A DNA stretch of 64,000 bases from Bispira polyomma (Eukaryota): NCBI GenBank assembly GCA_965649765.1, contig OZ287753.1, positions 68,944,001 through 69,008,000 on the forward strand, in the 5' to 3' direction. Both the position numbers and the translations under genes were made by a program. Below the pieces are notes generated by a model. The model saw nothing but the letters and a program-made list of their open reading frames with translations. It was not told the origin of the DNA and ran no database searches. Below are positions 50,777 to 64,000 of the stretch, piece after piece (the stretch's first letter is position 1; each line of letters begins with the position of its first letter).

Positions 50777-52497
50777 TTGCTTTGGTTCTTTTTACTTTTT
50801 CTTGTTACTGTTCCTTCACCACTGAGATGTGGAAGTTCTGTTTCACACTTCTGCTGCTCTCCTTCAAATACACCATTTTTCGACCAATTTGCACTTGGTC
50901 CATCTCTCCTAGCCTCCCTGGATAAGGTGAACACTTCTTTTTTAGCCTTTCAAATTACCCGCCGTCCTAACCCCAGGGTTAACAGTGTTTGGATCCTTCT
51001 GCTGACTGCTCTCTGTGGAGACGTCAGCATAAATCCAGGCCCCCGAGCATCCATGCTCAAGATCGGTGCATTTAACGCCCGTTCCTTGCAGAATAAGGCA
51101 CCTGCAACCATCAACTTAGTCATAGCCTAGGACCTGGATATTACTGCCGTCTCCGAGATGTGGCTCAACAGTAGGGATACAACATCTTTTTTGTCGGATA
51201 TAACTCCTCCAGGTTATAAATTTCTTCAGTTTCCCAGGTTGCACAAACGCGGAGGAGGAGTTGGCATTTTTGTAAAAAATACCCTTTCCTGTGAAATTTC
51301 AAAAAAACTAGTCCTACTCATCTTTTGAACACATTTCATGCAAGATTTTAAATGATTATCACTCATTCCTAGTTTCCTCTTTTTACAGACCACCCATCCC
51401 TTCTTTAACTACCTTTACTCAAGGTTTTCTGAATTCCTAGAGACCTTTAACCTTCTCCCATTTAAAGCTATCATCCTTGGTGATTTCAAAATCAAGGTTG
51501 ACATAGAAAATACCTTTACAAAAGATTTCAACAACCTCCTTGACACTTTTGGGTTCTCACAGTTTATCTCCACTTCAACCAAGATCCACAATCACATACT
51601 TGATCTGGTAATCGCAAGACCAAATTCAAATCTCATCAGAGAATCACGGGTAACTCCAACTAACCCCCATGAATGGACCAACGCCGCCATTACAGAGGCC
51701 AAAAGACACAAATGCCAACTTGAGCGTCAATGGTGATGCACAAAATCCTCCTTTGACAGAAATCATTACCGTATCGCCACAAATAATTACAACCGGCTAA
51801 TAACTGATGCAAAAAAGCAACATTACGACTTCATCATCAGTGAAAACCAGAATAATCCCAAAAGGTTATGGGCCTCCATAAACAAAATTCTACATCCAAC
51901 ATCGGAGAAAGTTGTCCCCATAAACAAATGCCTTACTTTTTTAGCCAAAAAATTTGGAAAATTTTTTATAGAAAAAATCAGCAACATTCGTGACGCCTTT
52001 CCATCGATAGATCACTTCAGTCCTCCAGCCCCAGGATATAAGATTTGTAACCTGTTTCATTTCAGTACACTGTCGGAGCATGAAGTTCTGAAACTCATCA
52101 AATCCCCTACTATTAAAATCATGTGAATTAGATCCCATCCCAGCAGTTATTCTAAATCAATGTCTTGACATTCTAGTCACACCCATAACAAACATATTAA
52201 ATTTTTCTCTTCGGGATGGTGTTTTTCCCACCTGTTTCAAGATGGCAAATGTAACTCCCTTGATTAAAAAACAAGGGCTTGATAAAAACCAGCTCAAAAA
52301 CTACAGACTGGTGTCGAACCTCAGCTTTGTCTCAAAAGTCATCAAAAAAGCTGTACCTAAACAAATTTCTGACCACCTTAATAGACAAAACATTAAAAAT
52401 CGCCACCAGCCTGCCTACAGAAAATTTCACTCTACAGAAAGTGCCCTTTTTACATCAGCAATGATATCAAACTTGCATTGGACCGCAACAACAATGT
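50777..52497 (+). mobile_element. L2/CR1-like LINE ORF2 5' part (2A-like motif, APE endonuclease, start of RT), pseudogenised
   Basis: CGDVSINPGP; FNARSL, AVSEMWL, RGGGVG, ILGDF, HILDL; [32 protein letters not shown]. Confidence 0.88.
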
Positions 52498-54699
52498 AAG
52501 GTGGCCTTAAGGTCACCCTTGTTGTGGTGATCTGTGTTAAGGTCACCAGTGTATGTTTTTGATATTTGATGTATTAACACTATTAACAAGTAGATGTTAG
52601 ATGTGTGTAGATCAATAAATGCCCAAAGAGCTATATCATTTGTATTTATTATAACTTCATATCTCATTGGTCACTCTCCCGGGGGTCCCCGTTGACTGAC
52701 ACACAACGTTAAACACTGGAAAAGCTCCAGATTCCCACTGCTGATGTTATGTTTTCCCTGTTAAACCCCAGACCTGGACATAATAACACATTGTTTAAAC
52801 AGTAGATCTATATATGATTGGTATTTACAGCATGAAAACATGAAGCAAAGTTATTGGTTTTGTATGATGCCATTTTTGTGAAGTTTATTGCCTTCTTTTG
52901 TCACTATTTTGTGGTTTCAGTTCCCCAGACCAAGATAGGGATACTAATATACTTTACAATTTAAAGACGCAGAATGTGAAATATTTTTTATTTTAGGTAT
53001 ATATAATCTAAAATATCTTTACATTCAGTTTAGTCTGAGTTTAAGTTACTCAAACTCATTACTTACATGACATTTTAAGAACATAGTTTAAGATTCTCCG
53101 TAAGTTCAATAAACATATATAAGTTATCAGTTTAAGTTGCACACTTGAAGGTCACCATAATTTGACACCATAAAGAGACCCACTGTACTAAATCATGATT
53201 AACTGTAGATATAATATTTACAACTAGTATTTTATCCTTTAAACACTCCAAAGAGTAGAATTTACAAAGCCTTAAGCACCAGAACTTGGTATGTGCAGAA
53301 AATAAGATACTACGAAAAGTATCAACCACTAGGGATCCCATGTCAGAGGATTCAGAATTATATTTTATAGGTGGATAATAAATGTAAAATAACCCTCAGA
53401 AAGGGTGGAAAAACCTGGAAAAGCATGCCATTCGGAATACTGTTGTGACAATACAAAGACATTGTATGTAGTTCTTAAACCTGAATGGGAGTAGAACCCA
53501 CTATTAAAAGGTAATTTTTTTAATAAATTGGCAACTTAAAGCCAACTATTGTTTTCTTGACATCTGTAAATCTGTCTGCTTGTGACTTAGGATTTCTCAC
53601 CCATCACATTCTTTGCTTGGTAATTCCTTAAATAAGTTTTTGGGTGGAAGCAACAATAGCTCGAAAAAAGGACAATCAATGTGTTTATAGAAATACATAT
53701 CAAATTAATTAAAATTCTCCACACTTTCGAAATTACCAACATTTATATGTCTAAGTCCTATTCTATTTTGACCAGTGTATATTTGATCAAGTATCCATTA
53801 AGTTATAGGTTTTTTTTGTTTTTTTTTTGTAATTTAAATTTTTATCAAAATAATGTTTTGTTTTTTTTACATGTCGACCTGGCAACCTGTCGCCCTATCA
53901 ACTTATAAATATACTATATTTTTCATAACATCTCAACATGTCAACCTGTTGACCTATAATGATAATATATAAAGGGGAACTATATTTTGTCGAATATTTA
54001 TATACATGAATTCCTAGACGGAAGTCATAGGGAAAAAATTTGTGTAATTTTTTTTTTTGTAAAAAATGATAAAAAAAAAAAAAAAATGCTGAAGAGTACA
54101 AAAATAGTGGACTAGTCACTGGTCGAGAAGATGGTGTAGTATTGCCCAACTCGTTTGTACAAAACATCTTATATTTTCGCTTACCCTAATGTCTTTCAGT
54201 ATGAAGCGATTCTGATTGGCTGATCACACCACGTGACGCTTTTTAATAATAAATATTGCATAGTTGGGAAGCATGTGGACATTTGGAAAGCAAATTGAAG
54301 GGAATAATAGATGAAATATACATTTTTGGAAATGTGTTCCGAAAATTTCCGGAAAAGGGCTTGCTTTTATATTATTTTATATTCACTACGTAATTGTTAT
54401 ATGCACAGACCTTATATTTTTTTAAGTCTGTGGCTGTTTGATCTGCTTAATATATTCAAAGTGGCTATTGAAGTGGTCCTCATCACGACCAACAATATTT
54501 TGTTTTAAAAATTTGAAAATATAGTGAGAAAGTTTATTTCATTTTGGTTATTGTCCTTTTTGTTGCATCAAAATCCGTAGAGAAATGGTTGAGATATTTA
54601 CCTTCAAAGCTGTTTATATCCTATTCGCAGTAACCTAATGGATATATACTCACAGGAAGTACCCCAAGTACACACAATATCCTTATATACTTTTTATTA

Positions 54700-55668
54700 G
54701 TTAAATCACGTATATAACTGCCTTGTTGATGTACAACACTGGATGGCAGCAAATAAACTCAAGCTGAACCCTGAGAAGACTGAGTTTATTTTGTTTGGCT
54801 CCAAGTCGCAACAGGAAAAATTGTCCAGCTGTTTTCCACTTGACATTCTTGGCAGCAGGTTTTTTCCAGCTGACAAAGTACGAAACCTGGGTGTGGTGCT
54901 CGATTCTGAATTCTCCTTCTCTAACCATGTCCCATCAGTGTGTAGATCATGTTTTGTTGGCCTCCGTGATTTCAGGCGGATTCGACGCTATCTTTCCAAA
55001 TCCATTGCAATTACTTTTGCCAATGCTTTGGTCAGCAGCAGGCTGGATTACTGCAACTCTCTGTTCCGTATCTCGTAGTGATCTCAGATACCTTCAGAAT
55101 ATCCAACACTCATTGGCACGTATTGTGACCAAAACTTATAAATTTTCCCACATTACTCCTGTACTCAAGTCACTGCACTGGGTCCCAATAAAATATCGTG
55201 TTGCTTTCAAAACAGCAACAATAATAAATAAATTTCTAAATTCTGGATTACCCACTTATTTTAGCCCCCATCTATCCAAATAAACATGTTCAGTCAGGAC
55301 AAGGCGCAGTAACCCTGATGAATTATACCTTAACATTCCCACTTTCAACCCTTGCATCCACAAATCCAAAGTTCAATTCAATCACTGCCTAGCTTATGAT
55401 GGCACCCTCATTTGGAACAGCCTACCTGATCATGTTCGCCTGGCTCAAACTTTCTCCTCTTTCAGGAGTAAGCTGAAGGCCTACCTTTTTGAACAGGCTT
55501 TTCCACCTTAGCCGTCACAACCATTTACGGTAGTCTCCCTGGTTACGACTTCCATCCGCCCACAATTTTTGATTTTCGATTAATGTTTTGGGTTTGTTGC
55601 GCCTTAGAATTTGTTGTACAAAGATTAAGCGCTATAAAAGTACGACTAGATTAGATTAGATTAGATTA
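54700..55668 (+). mobile_element. L2-type LINE 3' part with (TTAGA)n tail
   Basis: WMAANKLKLNPEKTE, RNLGV, SRLDYCNSL, HITPVLKSLHWVPI; 3' stem gcgccttag...ttaagcgc and tagattagattaga. Confidence 0.9.
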
Positions 55669-57677
55669 TATGAACGACAATGGAAGAATTTGATAGAAAA
55701 CCGTATTGTGCCGACCTGTGGCGGAGCGAGCCCAAACTTTTGAAATCAATTAATCTCTCTAAGAGGTCTGACCTTTGATCTGATATGCTTGAGTTACTGG
55801 GCAGGTACATTGGAAACGGCACAGATTTTCAGCCAATCACAGTCTTGCATGATTTAATTACGTTAGTCGCCATATTGTGATCATCCGTTTATATACAACA
55901 AAGATAGCCGTTTCGAAATTTTAATGGATTGAAGCAACTATATGTACATATGAGGTAATATTTGGTCAAATATTATGTGATAATAATGTTTTTATTGAAT
56001 ATAGGCAATTTCTTCTCTTTTGGCCACTTCTCCCCCATCGTTTAAAAAAATAGGGTTCATCTCCTGCTTAAGGTCTTCATTGTTTACAAAAAAACACAAT
56101 GTAGTGTGTCGCTGTCTAGTGGTCGGACCAAAGTTAGGAAGAGGTGCCTTATGGTGACTTAGAAGAAGTAACAGAAAGTTGCCAGAAAGTGAGCAGAAAG
56201 TGTAATATATATTCTATATATATATTCGCAAACCCATGCTTTTCCTTGTATATCTATCTCTCACACATGTCCGTTGAAGCGAGGAAAGATATAAGGAAAA
56301 ATGTGGCAATTACTACACTAAAGTACTAAACGTATTTAACTAACAAATAAAATAAAAAAAATAGATATATTATGATATGATCATCGTCCTTAGTAGTAAA
56401 CACTATAAGGTACGAAAAATGAAGTAAAAATTATATATGGAGATGGTAGAAAGTGCTGTCTACACACAAGAATTTTCAGGGCCGCGTAATTAAGATGGTG
56501 ATAAAAAAACATATGACTCAAGAAGATAAAACCATATTGTATTGTACTGATTATCTTCTTTCGTCATATATATTTTTAAATATACACCACTTGAGTAGTT
56601 TTACTATTGTATATTAAGGGAGTGCATTATGTTTACTTTTGACTATGGAAATTCTCCAAGCCAGCTGTCATAATGTACTGATGTATGACAGCAGAAACTC
56701 CACTACTGGCTAAGTTGGAAACTAGACCTGTCCGCACCCGTGGCTGCACCCGTGTACGTACCCGTACCCGCACCCGTTAAAGAGAATTTCACTGGTCCCT
56801 ATTTAAATCCGCAGTTTTACCCTTGATAGCCACAAATGACTAAAATGTGACATGGTAAAGACATACTTCTATTTTGTTTGTGCTACGGAATCCATTTCTA
56901 CATCCCAAATCCAACAAAATCTTGTGCCATGAGTTTCATCTTCAGCAAAAAGTAAGTCATTATTTAGAACAATTTTTTTAGTTTTTCTTTATATTTTATT
57001 ATTTAGACCTACCATTTATTTAGTATTTATACTTTGTAAAATAGGTTATATTATATGACAGTATATAAAAATAAAAAAGTTCCAGATTATTTTATAATTA
57101 TTCTAGAAATGAAATAGTTTTTTAAACTTTCAAAATCGAAGTGGACATTATTTAGAACACTTTGATCGTTTTTGGTGACAGTAATTCTAAAAAAATCAGC
57201 TTAAAAACAAATAGGCATCCATATTGTCATATTTCAGGTTAAAATTAATAAAATTGCTTTGAAATATTTGTTATTGTTTAACATGGGCTGTAATTATACA
57301 TAATTATCAAGGCTTGTTTCAAAATATATGCCAGTGGAATTTTATTTTACATTTCTTTTATTTAAACTACAACCTTACAATTTACTGTATTTTTGTTCCA
57401 ATTAATGTTCATTCCTGACCATTGTAAAAAAGTATGTAATTACAATTACTAAGAATAAGGCAGGAATTGTTAGTGTTCACCAAAAATGTGGTAATAGATG
57501 TTATATCCTTGAATTGACCTCCTCTGTAAAGTATTAATGTTGTGATGTTACCTTGGTTGTGGTTTTTGTATTTGACCTTGTGTCTGTTATTTGTATTTTT
57601 GCCTATAAAAGGTTTTGTCACAGTCATCCTTAACTTTATAAACATTAAAAATATTTAAAATCTCCCTGTCATATAAT

Positions 57678-59257
57678 ATGTATCTTTCCTCTGCAGTTAT
57701 GGTAAATGTGGCTCAGCAAGTAGAGCTGCTGTACTGGTACAGACAATGCCATAGACAAAGAAGGGGCAGGAGGGTGTGGGTAGAAGACATGTTGTGCCGA
57801 AGAAATGCTTTAGGTGAATATCACCAGTTGGTCCAAGAACTGGAGTTAAATCATGCTCTATTCCATCAGTACTTCAGAATGAGCAAAGAGCAGTTTAGGA
57901 TGTTACTGTCTTATGTTGAAGAAGACATAACCAAGATGAGCACCCATTTCAGGGAGAGTATTAGTGCCCGTGAAAGATTAGCTGTAACAATAAGGTAACA
58001 GAAATAAAACTTTATTGAATATAATTAAATGAACTGGTCAATCATAATTAACAAAACACTAATTAAATTACAAAAGAAACATAAACGAAAAAATACTTGA
58101 CTTTGTGTGAATAAATGCTCCCAAATTAATGTAATTGTTCATCAGTCAGCAAAGACATAAATGTGGTGTTTTGGGTGTTCTCACTGCAACCCTCAAGTTG
58201 CACATCACCAACCAAATTTGTGGCAGCACCACCAACTGTATGAAAAGATGATGCACTAGCAAATAATGTTGCATAGGCTAAAGTTTGTGCCTCATCTAAA
58301 GAAGCCGCAGTCATGACAGTAGGGGCAACACATGGAGCTTCAGATTGAGTCGAGAACTGCATAATGAGACGCAACTGCACAATATTGACTCGGGCTTCAT
58401 ATAAGGCTTTCTTCGAAAGTTCTTTTAATTGCTCCAAGCATGATTTCATAAAGAACTCATCTCCATCAGGGGCCTTTGGTTGGGAAACAGTGGGCTGTTT
58501 AGTTTTCTCTAGATTTACAAGCTCAATCACTGCTTGTCCAACTGGATCTTTTAATGTGGGGGTAGTTGATCAACCAGAAAAAGTATATCAGCCAACTACA
58601 ATTACAAGGGATTTTTCTCAATTGTCCTGATGGCGGTAGCTGATGCCAATTACAAATTTCTTTATGTGGATGTTGGGTCGCCAGGTCGAAAAATAGTGAT
58701 AGTGGCATATTTGCCAATTGTTCATCAGCTAAAGGTTTAAGGAAAGGCAAACTAAAAATTCCAGATGCTGAGAATCCACCCAGAGATAACACTGTTGGTC
58801 GGCTTCCCTTTGTGATAGTGGGTGATGAGGCGTTCCCACTAATGAAAAACTTGATGCGTCCATACCCAGTTTCAAAAAGAGTGGTAAGTGAAGAGCAGCT
58901 GATTTTTAACTACCGCCTGTCAAGAGCCTAAAGAATAATTGAGAACTCTTTTGTGATTCTTGCCACACGCTGGAGAATTTATCACACCAAGATTGTGCTA
59001 GAACCCAACAATTTGATTCCTGTAGTCATAGCTACATGTGTCTTACACAATTTCCTACAGAGCAGTTCAACACCAGCTGAAATTACTAATATACGTCAGG
59101 AAGCTGAACAGGTTTGTGAAAATTTGATACCATTGGCAAGATTGGGCAACAGATGGGGGAATGAAGCTACTGATATTTGCGGAAAGTTTACCACATATTT
59201 CTCCGGAGATGGGTCTGTTCCATAGCAAGTTAATTATGTACGCAGAGCAACCTTTTA
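57678..59257 (+). pseudogene. Harbinger (HARBI1-like) DDE transposase; exon 1 57678-57994, remainder ~58595-59257
   Basis: GEYHQLVQEL, YFRMS..QF, ERLAVTIR|gt; YNYKGFFSIVL.AVADANYKF, SDSGIF, VGDEAFPL...LMRPY, FNYRLSRA*RIIENSF, CVLHNF. Confidence 0.9.
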
Positions 59258-60593
59258 GTTAGTTACCTGCTTACTGACGTGCATAATATTTTAAACCTAC
59301 TTCAGGATACAGTTGAACAATGTCTGCTTGAAAACATATTTATTTATAACAATAAATTGTCCTTGCATTTTCTTTTTCAGCCTACCTTGTTTTTGTGTCC
59401 TTCTTGCAATTCTTAAAACAATGAATTATGATTGGTTGTTAAACACAGTTAACTTTACTTGTTTTTGGGATTTAGTATTGCAACAGTTTCTTTGGTGGGT
59501 GTTATTTGAGATAGTATTTTTTTAATTTTTCAACAATGTCAATAACCTTGCAGTTTGGGTATATGGAATAAAAAATTTCATAAAGGGATACCATTTCCAG
59601 TGTTGTAGCTTGTCGTTTGTGGCTTGCCTGCTTTTGGTTTTTGCCTTTTTTAATTTTAGGAAATTGTCTCTCTTCGACCACCATTTTTTTGGCCAATTCA
59701 CCTGAAATTTCCCGAGGAATGATTTTTGATTACCTCTAACCCACTGCTACTTCACACACACATCACACATCCAAAATAACACAAACTGGCAGTACACATA
59801 TTGCAATGCAGCACCAAATAATTACAGTTTTTACCATTGATTAGATTGATACATAAATTTCATATTATACTCTCACCTGTTAGTAGGGAACTAGACCTAT
59901 GAGAGAGTGGAAATATAGAAACATTAATATACAACGAAAAATGTGTTGTTTAATATTCAACTGGTTTGGTGTTACATATTTACATAATTATTTCATGACA
60001 TGAAATAAATTTTAGCTCCTATTATCAGTATAAAACATTTGTCATGGTTCTTCTTAAAACATTAAATGTTTATCCTATTTGAGAATTTGGTGTTACTTTC
60101 AAAAATTTTAATAAGTAGTTAATTTACAAACATTTCTTTTGGTCTTTTGTTCTTTAGCACTTTCAACTGAAACGTCTTGGTCATGTACATTTCAACTTAT
60201 TTGAAAAACTTAAAGCTGGTAACACAATTTGATGTGGTCTTTGTACTTATACAAAGACCAATAGCTTACCACATTTTATGTTTTCGTATAACCGGGGACA
60301 CCACACAATTGCAGTTACAATATTTTTCCTCTAACAATAAGTTTAACCATTTATATTTATGGTTGCTGCATTGAGAGATATTTTACTGAGAATACCGTGT
60401 ATGGTTATGCTATGCAGAGGTATGACAATACAAATTAAATCCAGCAACACCCCTTACTACTGATATCCAGGGCCTTGCCAATGGAGTTCCACAGGTTTTT
60501 GTTTCTTTGGACATCGCGGTATTTGGCATCTTGGGGGTTGTATAAGGAGGGATGGTTCCTAACTAGATTGATTTATTTCTCCACCTCGGACAT
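58126..60593 (-). pseudogene. Harbinger MADF-BESS DNA-binding protein; exons 60593-60458, 59701-59547, ~58570-58126
   Basis: INLVRNHPSLYNPQDAKYRD...LWNSIGKAL|gtaag; KWWSKRDNFLK...KTKSRQA...WKWYPFMKFF; BESS-like DGDEFFMKSCLEQLKEL...EARVNIVQL. Confidence 0.8.
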
Positions 60594-60899
60594 TTTTTTT
60601 ACGTTGTGAGTAGTTCCGCTTTGACGACAATGACTTCAAAATGACGGGTCCAGCCACCCGTATCCATGAACAAAAGGGTCAGGAGGCATACAGTGCGGGT
60701 ACGTATATTATTTTAAGCGGCTACGGATGCGGACATATCTGAATGCGTCTGGTAATTTACTTACAACCCTTATTTTTGCGGGTACGGGTACGTACACGGG
60801 TGCGGGGATCGTGGACAGGTCTTATTCCTGACTAATGTGGTATTCACGATAAGGCTAACCTAAGACTTTGCACTAGATCAAAGAAAAAGTCATGGCTTA

Positions 60900-61584
60900 G
60901 CCTACGCTTCCTTTCAGCATGTTTTTATCGGCCGACGTCGGCCGATTTTTCCCCTCATTACACATTACTACCAAGTGCTTCCTTTCATCAGATTTGCATC
61001 AGATCGGATCAGACGTCGGCCGACGTCTGTTTGGGCAACAGTTTTTATCTGTCAGGGAGGGGAAAAAACGGGTGGACTGTCCGATTTTGAACTAAAAATG
61101 GCTACAAAACCACTGTCACAGTTATAGTTTTCATCCAATAAATACTGAATATTCGTCGGATGTTAAAGTTGAAAATGGTATGAGAAAGCTTATTTTATTG
61201 TCATTACTGTGCTTTTTTCCTCACTAAAATCCGTTAAGAAACGGCTCAGATATTAAAGTTTATAGAAGGGTACCCCATTTAACTTCCCTTTCTACAGTGA
61301 ATTATAGGTCACAGTGATGTCATAATGATGTCAGGTTTTGTAGCTACGTCACAACTTACACACCAGGAAGTAAAAATGGATGCCCTTTTTTAACTGTATA
61401 TATCTCAGTCGTTTCTAAACAAATTTTTGTGGTAAAAAAAGCACAGTAATCACAATAAACTAAGCTTTTTCATGCCATTTTCAAAGTTACCATCCGACGA
61501 ATAGTGAGTATATATCTGATGAAAGGAAGCGCTACATCGGCCGACGTCGGCCGACGTCGGAATGTGCTGAAAGGAAGCGTAGGC
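60900..61584. mobile_element. Harbinger/Tourist-like MITE
   Basis: 20-bp TIR gcctacgcttcctttcagca, TTA duplicated on both sides, internal palindromes tcggccgacgtcggccga and long internal inverted arms. Confidence 0.88.
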
Positions 61585-62545
61585 TTAGTCCTTTTAAGAA
61601 TACCACCCCAGACCTGTGGCTATTCTAAATTCCTCCAAAAGGGTCCATAAGGGTCTCCAAAAAAGTTCTAAACATTAAATATCTAAATGAACCTCGGCCC
61701 ATATTCACAAACGGATTTTGGCTAATTTAAGCTGAGCCTTAGATTTAAATCTAACATACCTGAACTGTTTTAGCACCAAGCTAATACATGTTGAATAAAA
61801 AGAGTGACATTAACCAGAAAAGAAAACTCCCTTGGCCTTATGTTGTGTGCATATAAATCATCATTTCAAAACGTGGAATCTTTTTATGGAAGGAAGAAAT
61901 CTACTGCTAAAATATTTCCAAATAAACGTTGTGTACTGTGTACAAGTATAACCAGCATATGGATAACGTATATTGTTCATGTATGTTGCATAAAAGTATA
62001 AAAAACGTTGTGTTGCCATCAGTCAGCCAAGTTAATATTGAAGGCACGTGAATCTGGAAGACTGGAAGTTCATTCCTAAACCATATTTTGTTATTACAGC
62101 CTGTGGCTTGAATAGTACAGTGCTCTATTCCTTTGGGGTTACAAATATTAAATGGATATATTAAAACAGTGTTTTTTCTGCACTGATTATAGTTGGAGGA
62201 GTGAAACAGGTCAGAAATTAATGTAGATTTTACATTGATTGAAGAACAGTTGAGATAATGTGTTCATATGGGGTGTACTGCAGTACCTAGCGTTATAATT
62301 TTGCAGAAAGTTTTACCTGGATGGACAGCTGAATGATACTACTCAGTAACTTTTTATTGGTTCTATGTGTTATATTGTTGTTTAAAACAATAAAAAAAAC
62401 CCCTAACTTTTTGTCATTGTTATCGAGAAGCAGCATTACTGAATGGTTAGTTTCTAACAAAAAGTTATCACCTGGTTTACAATGAACTCTATATGTTTTA
62501 ATTACAGTTTATGTAATATAACGGACAAGTGTGTTGGCAGCTTAA

Positions 62546-62923
62546 ATGGTGGTTCCACATTGCCGATTTGGTTCCCAACCTTTCCGATTTTGATTTCCGG
62601 GCGTGTCTAGGGAGATATTTTGTAAAAGTGCCCCGACATGCCTCCCGGACCTCTAAAAACGAGGAGGTTGGCTTCGGCGAATAAGTTCGATCTTATTTTC
62701 AATACGTTCTGTCTGATCGGTCCTATCTCACTCCAGACCTGTCCTAACACTGTTAAAACGTATAGGTTAGGGGGCAAAAACGTGGCAAACGGGGCAGTCG
62801 GTAAGAATATATGCACGAAAAAACATATATAAGCATATTTTGTCAGTTACTTTTTTGCCCTGACCACCCTGATCTCGAAATCGGGCCTATTTTGCCGATC
62901 GAACTTGAATGTGGAATCACCAC
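62546..62923. mobile_element. MITE flanked by TTAA
   Basis: Ends atggtggttccacatt / aatgtggaatcaccac. Confidence 0.65.
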
Positions 62924-62981
62924 TTAATATGGGGAACTAGACCTATCCTCACTAACCCGCACCTGTGTACATATCCATATA

Positions 62982-63202
62982 CTGCCTCGCTAGATATTTT
63001 CGTCAATTAGATATTTTTGTCATCGGCAATATATATATAAATATACTTTTAGCAAAAGCAAAGACGTGGAAGTAAGAGTAACGGTTAGATTATATCTCAA
63101 TCTATCAGAATAATTCTAAAACATAGAAGTTTATTAAATTTAGTGGCATTTAAAATAGCAATGACGAAAATATTTACTTGACAAAAATATGTAGCGAGGC
63201 AG
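62982..63202. mobile_element. Small TA-flanked MITE
   Basis: ~50-bp inverted arms ctgcctcgcta.atattt..gtcaa / ttgac..aaatat.tagcgaggcag. Confidence 0.65.
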
Positions 63203-64000
63203 TATATATATATATTTATACATGATAACCAGACATTTAACCACACATATAACAAACACAATCGATTTACGTAATTTCCCACCGCATTTGCAGAAAAAGG
63301 GTTTGGAAGCTTTTTCCACAGTTGCGGACGGAAATGACGCAAATCGGTTAACTTTTTTTTAAAATTCTTTTTTTCTTATATATATATACACACATATACA
63401 GAACAGAAGAATATTTAGATGAAGGCACATACATAAAAGAAACAAAAAATATACTGATCGTGATTTGAAATAAAACAAGTGAATGACATTTTGTATTAAA
63501 TTCAAGTTTTACAGAATTAACTGTATTTTTTGAATTTGATTTGATTCTTACAATAAAATAAAAATGTGGCTTTAGGTTTCCATTAATTTATTATTCACAC
63601 CTTTATATTTGTAGAGGTTGTATTGAGCTTCAGTTCTGCTTTTTAGTTCAATTAAAAACAGAGTAGAATATAGGTTTATCCTTGGTCTTGCTGTTATTTA
63701 ACTACCATTTTCCAAGAATTTTTAGGTATACCAAATAATATTTCACACAAACGAATCCAATCTTAATAGTGTTAGTTTGTAACTTAACTAAAACCTAGAT
63801 GATATTCAAATGACACTTTTATGGAAATAATTCCCTGAATTACTAAAATTAATGTCAAGTTATATTGACCAATTACTCTACTTTAAAATAACTTAAAAAT
63901 ACTTTGCTATTAAATTACTTTATAATTTACAGAACCTTATAACTGAAAAAATATTACTGGAAATTGTTTGCAATAAATTACTCTATAGTAATGTTTGAAA

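Larger units (their letters stand above)
56725..60821. mobile_element. PIF/Harbinger DNA transposon, internally deleted
   Basis: TIR gacctgtcc plus subterminal cacccgtgtacgtacccgtacccgca inverted at both ends; flanks cta/tta; transposase and MADF-BESS genes inside. Confidence 0.88.

Noticed and set aside
50777-55668. Single continuous LINE split by insertions
   Set aside because: Central RT motifs are absent between the two pieces and no shared TSD is visible; kept as separate fragments

Overview
AT-rich, repeat-dense animal (invertebrate-type) genomic DNA. Bases 1-16299 are the right-hand part of an endogenous Polinton/Maverick (adintovirus-like) element. It carries a protein-primed PolB (pseudogenised; Zn fingers, OTU-like protease domain and a C-terminal NADAR-like domain), packaging ATPase, small basic proteins, a chromodomain integrase, minor and major capsid proteins, adenain protease and an intact two-BIR IAP. 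It also carries two decayed type-I membrane-protein cargo genes. Its right terminus (...CTACTACT) abuts the YIDD catalytic motif of an Ngaro/DIRS-type tyrosine-recombinase retrotransposon, which in turn holds a TIR element filled with a 60-bp satellite. This nest sits upstream of a dead last exon of a MINPP1 paralogue and an intact 9-exon MINPP1-like gene (24617-34702). The rest is decayed LINEs (one with a 2A-like NPGP motif), a MULE/SWIM transposase, a Harbinger element with interleaved antisense transposase and MADF-BESS genes, SINEs and MITEs. There is also a minus-strand repeat exon encoding 17 dibasic-delimited Gln-initial peptides. All family assignments come from motif recognition by eye, not database searches.
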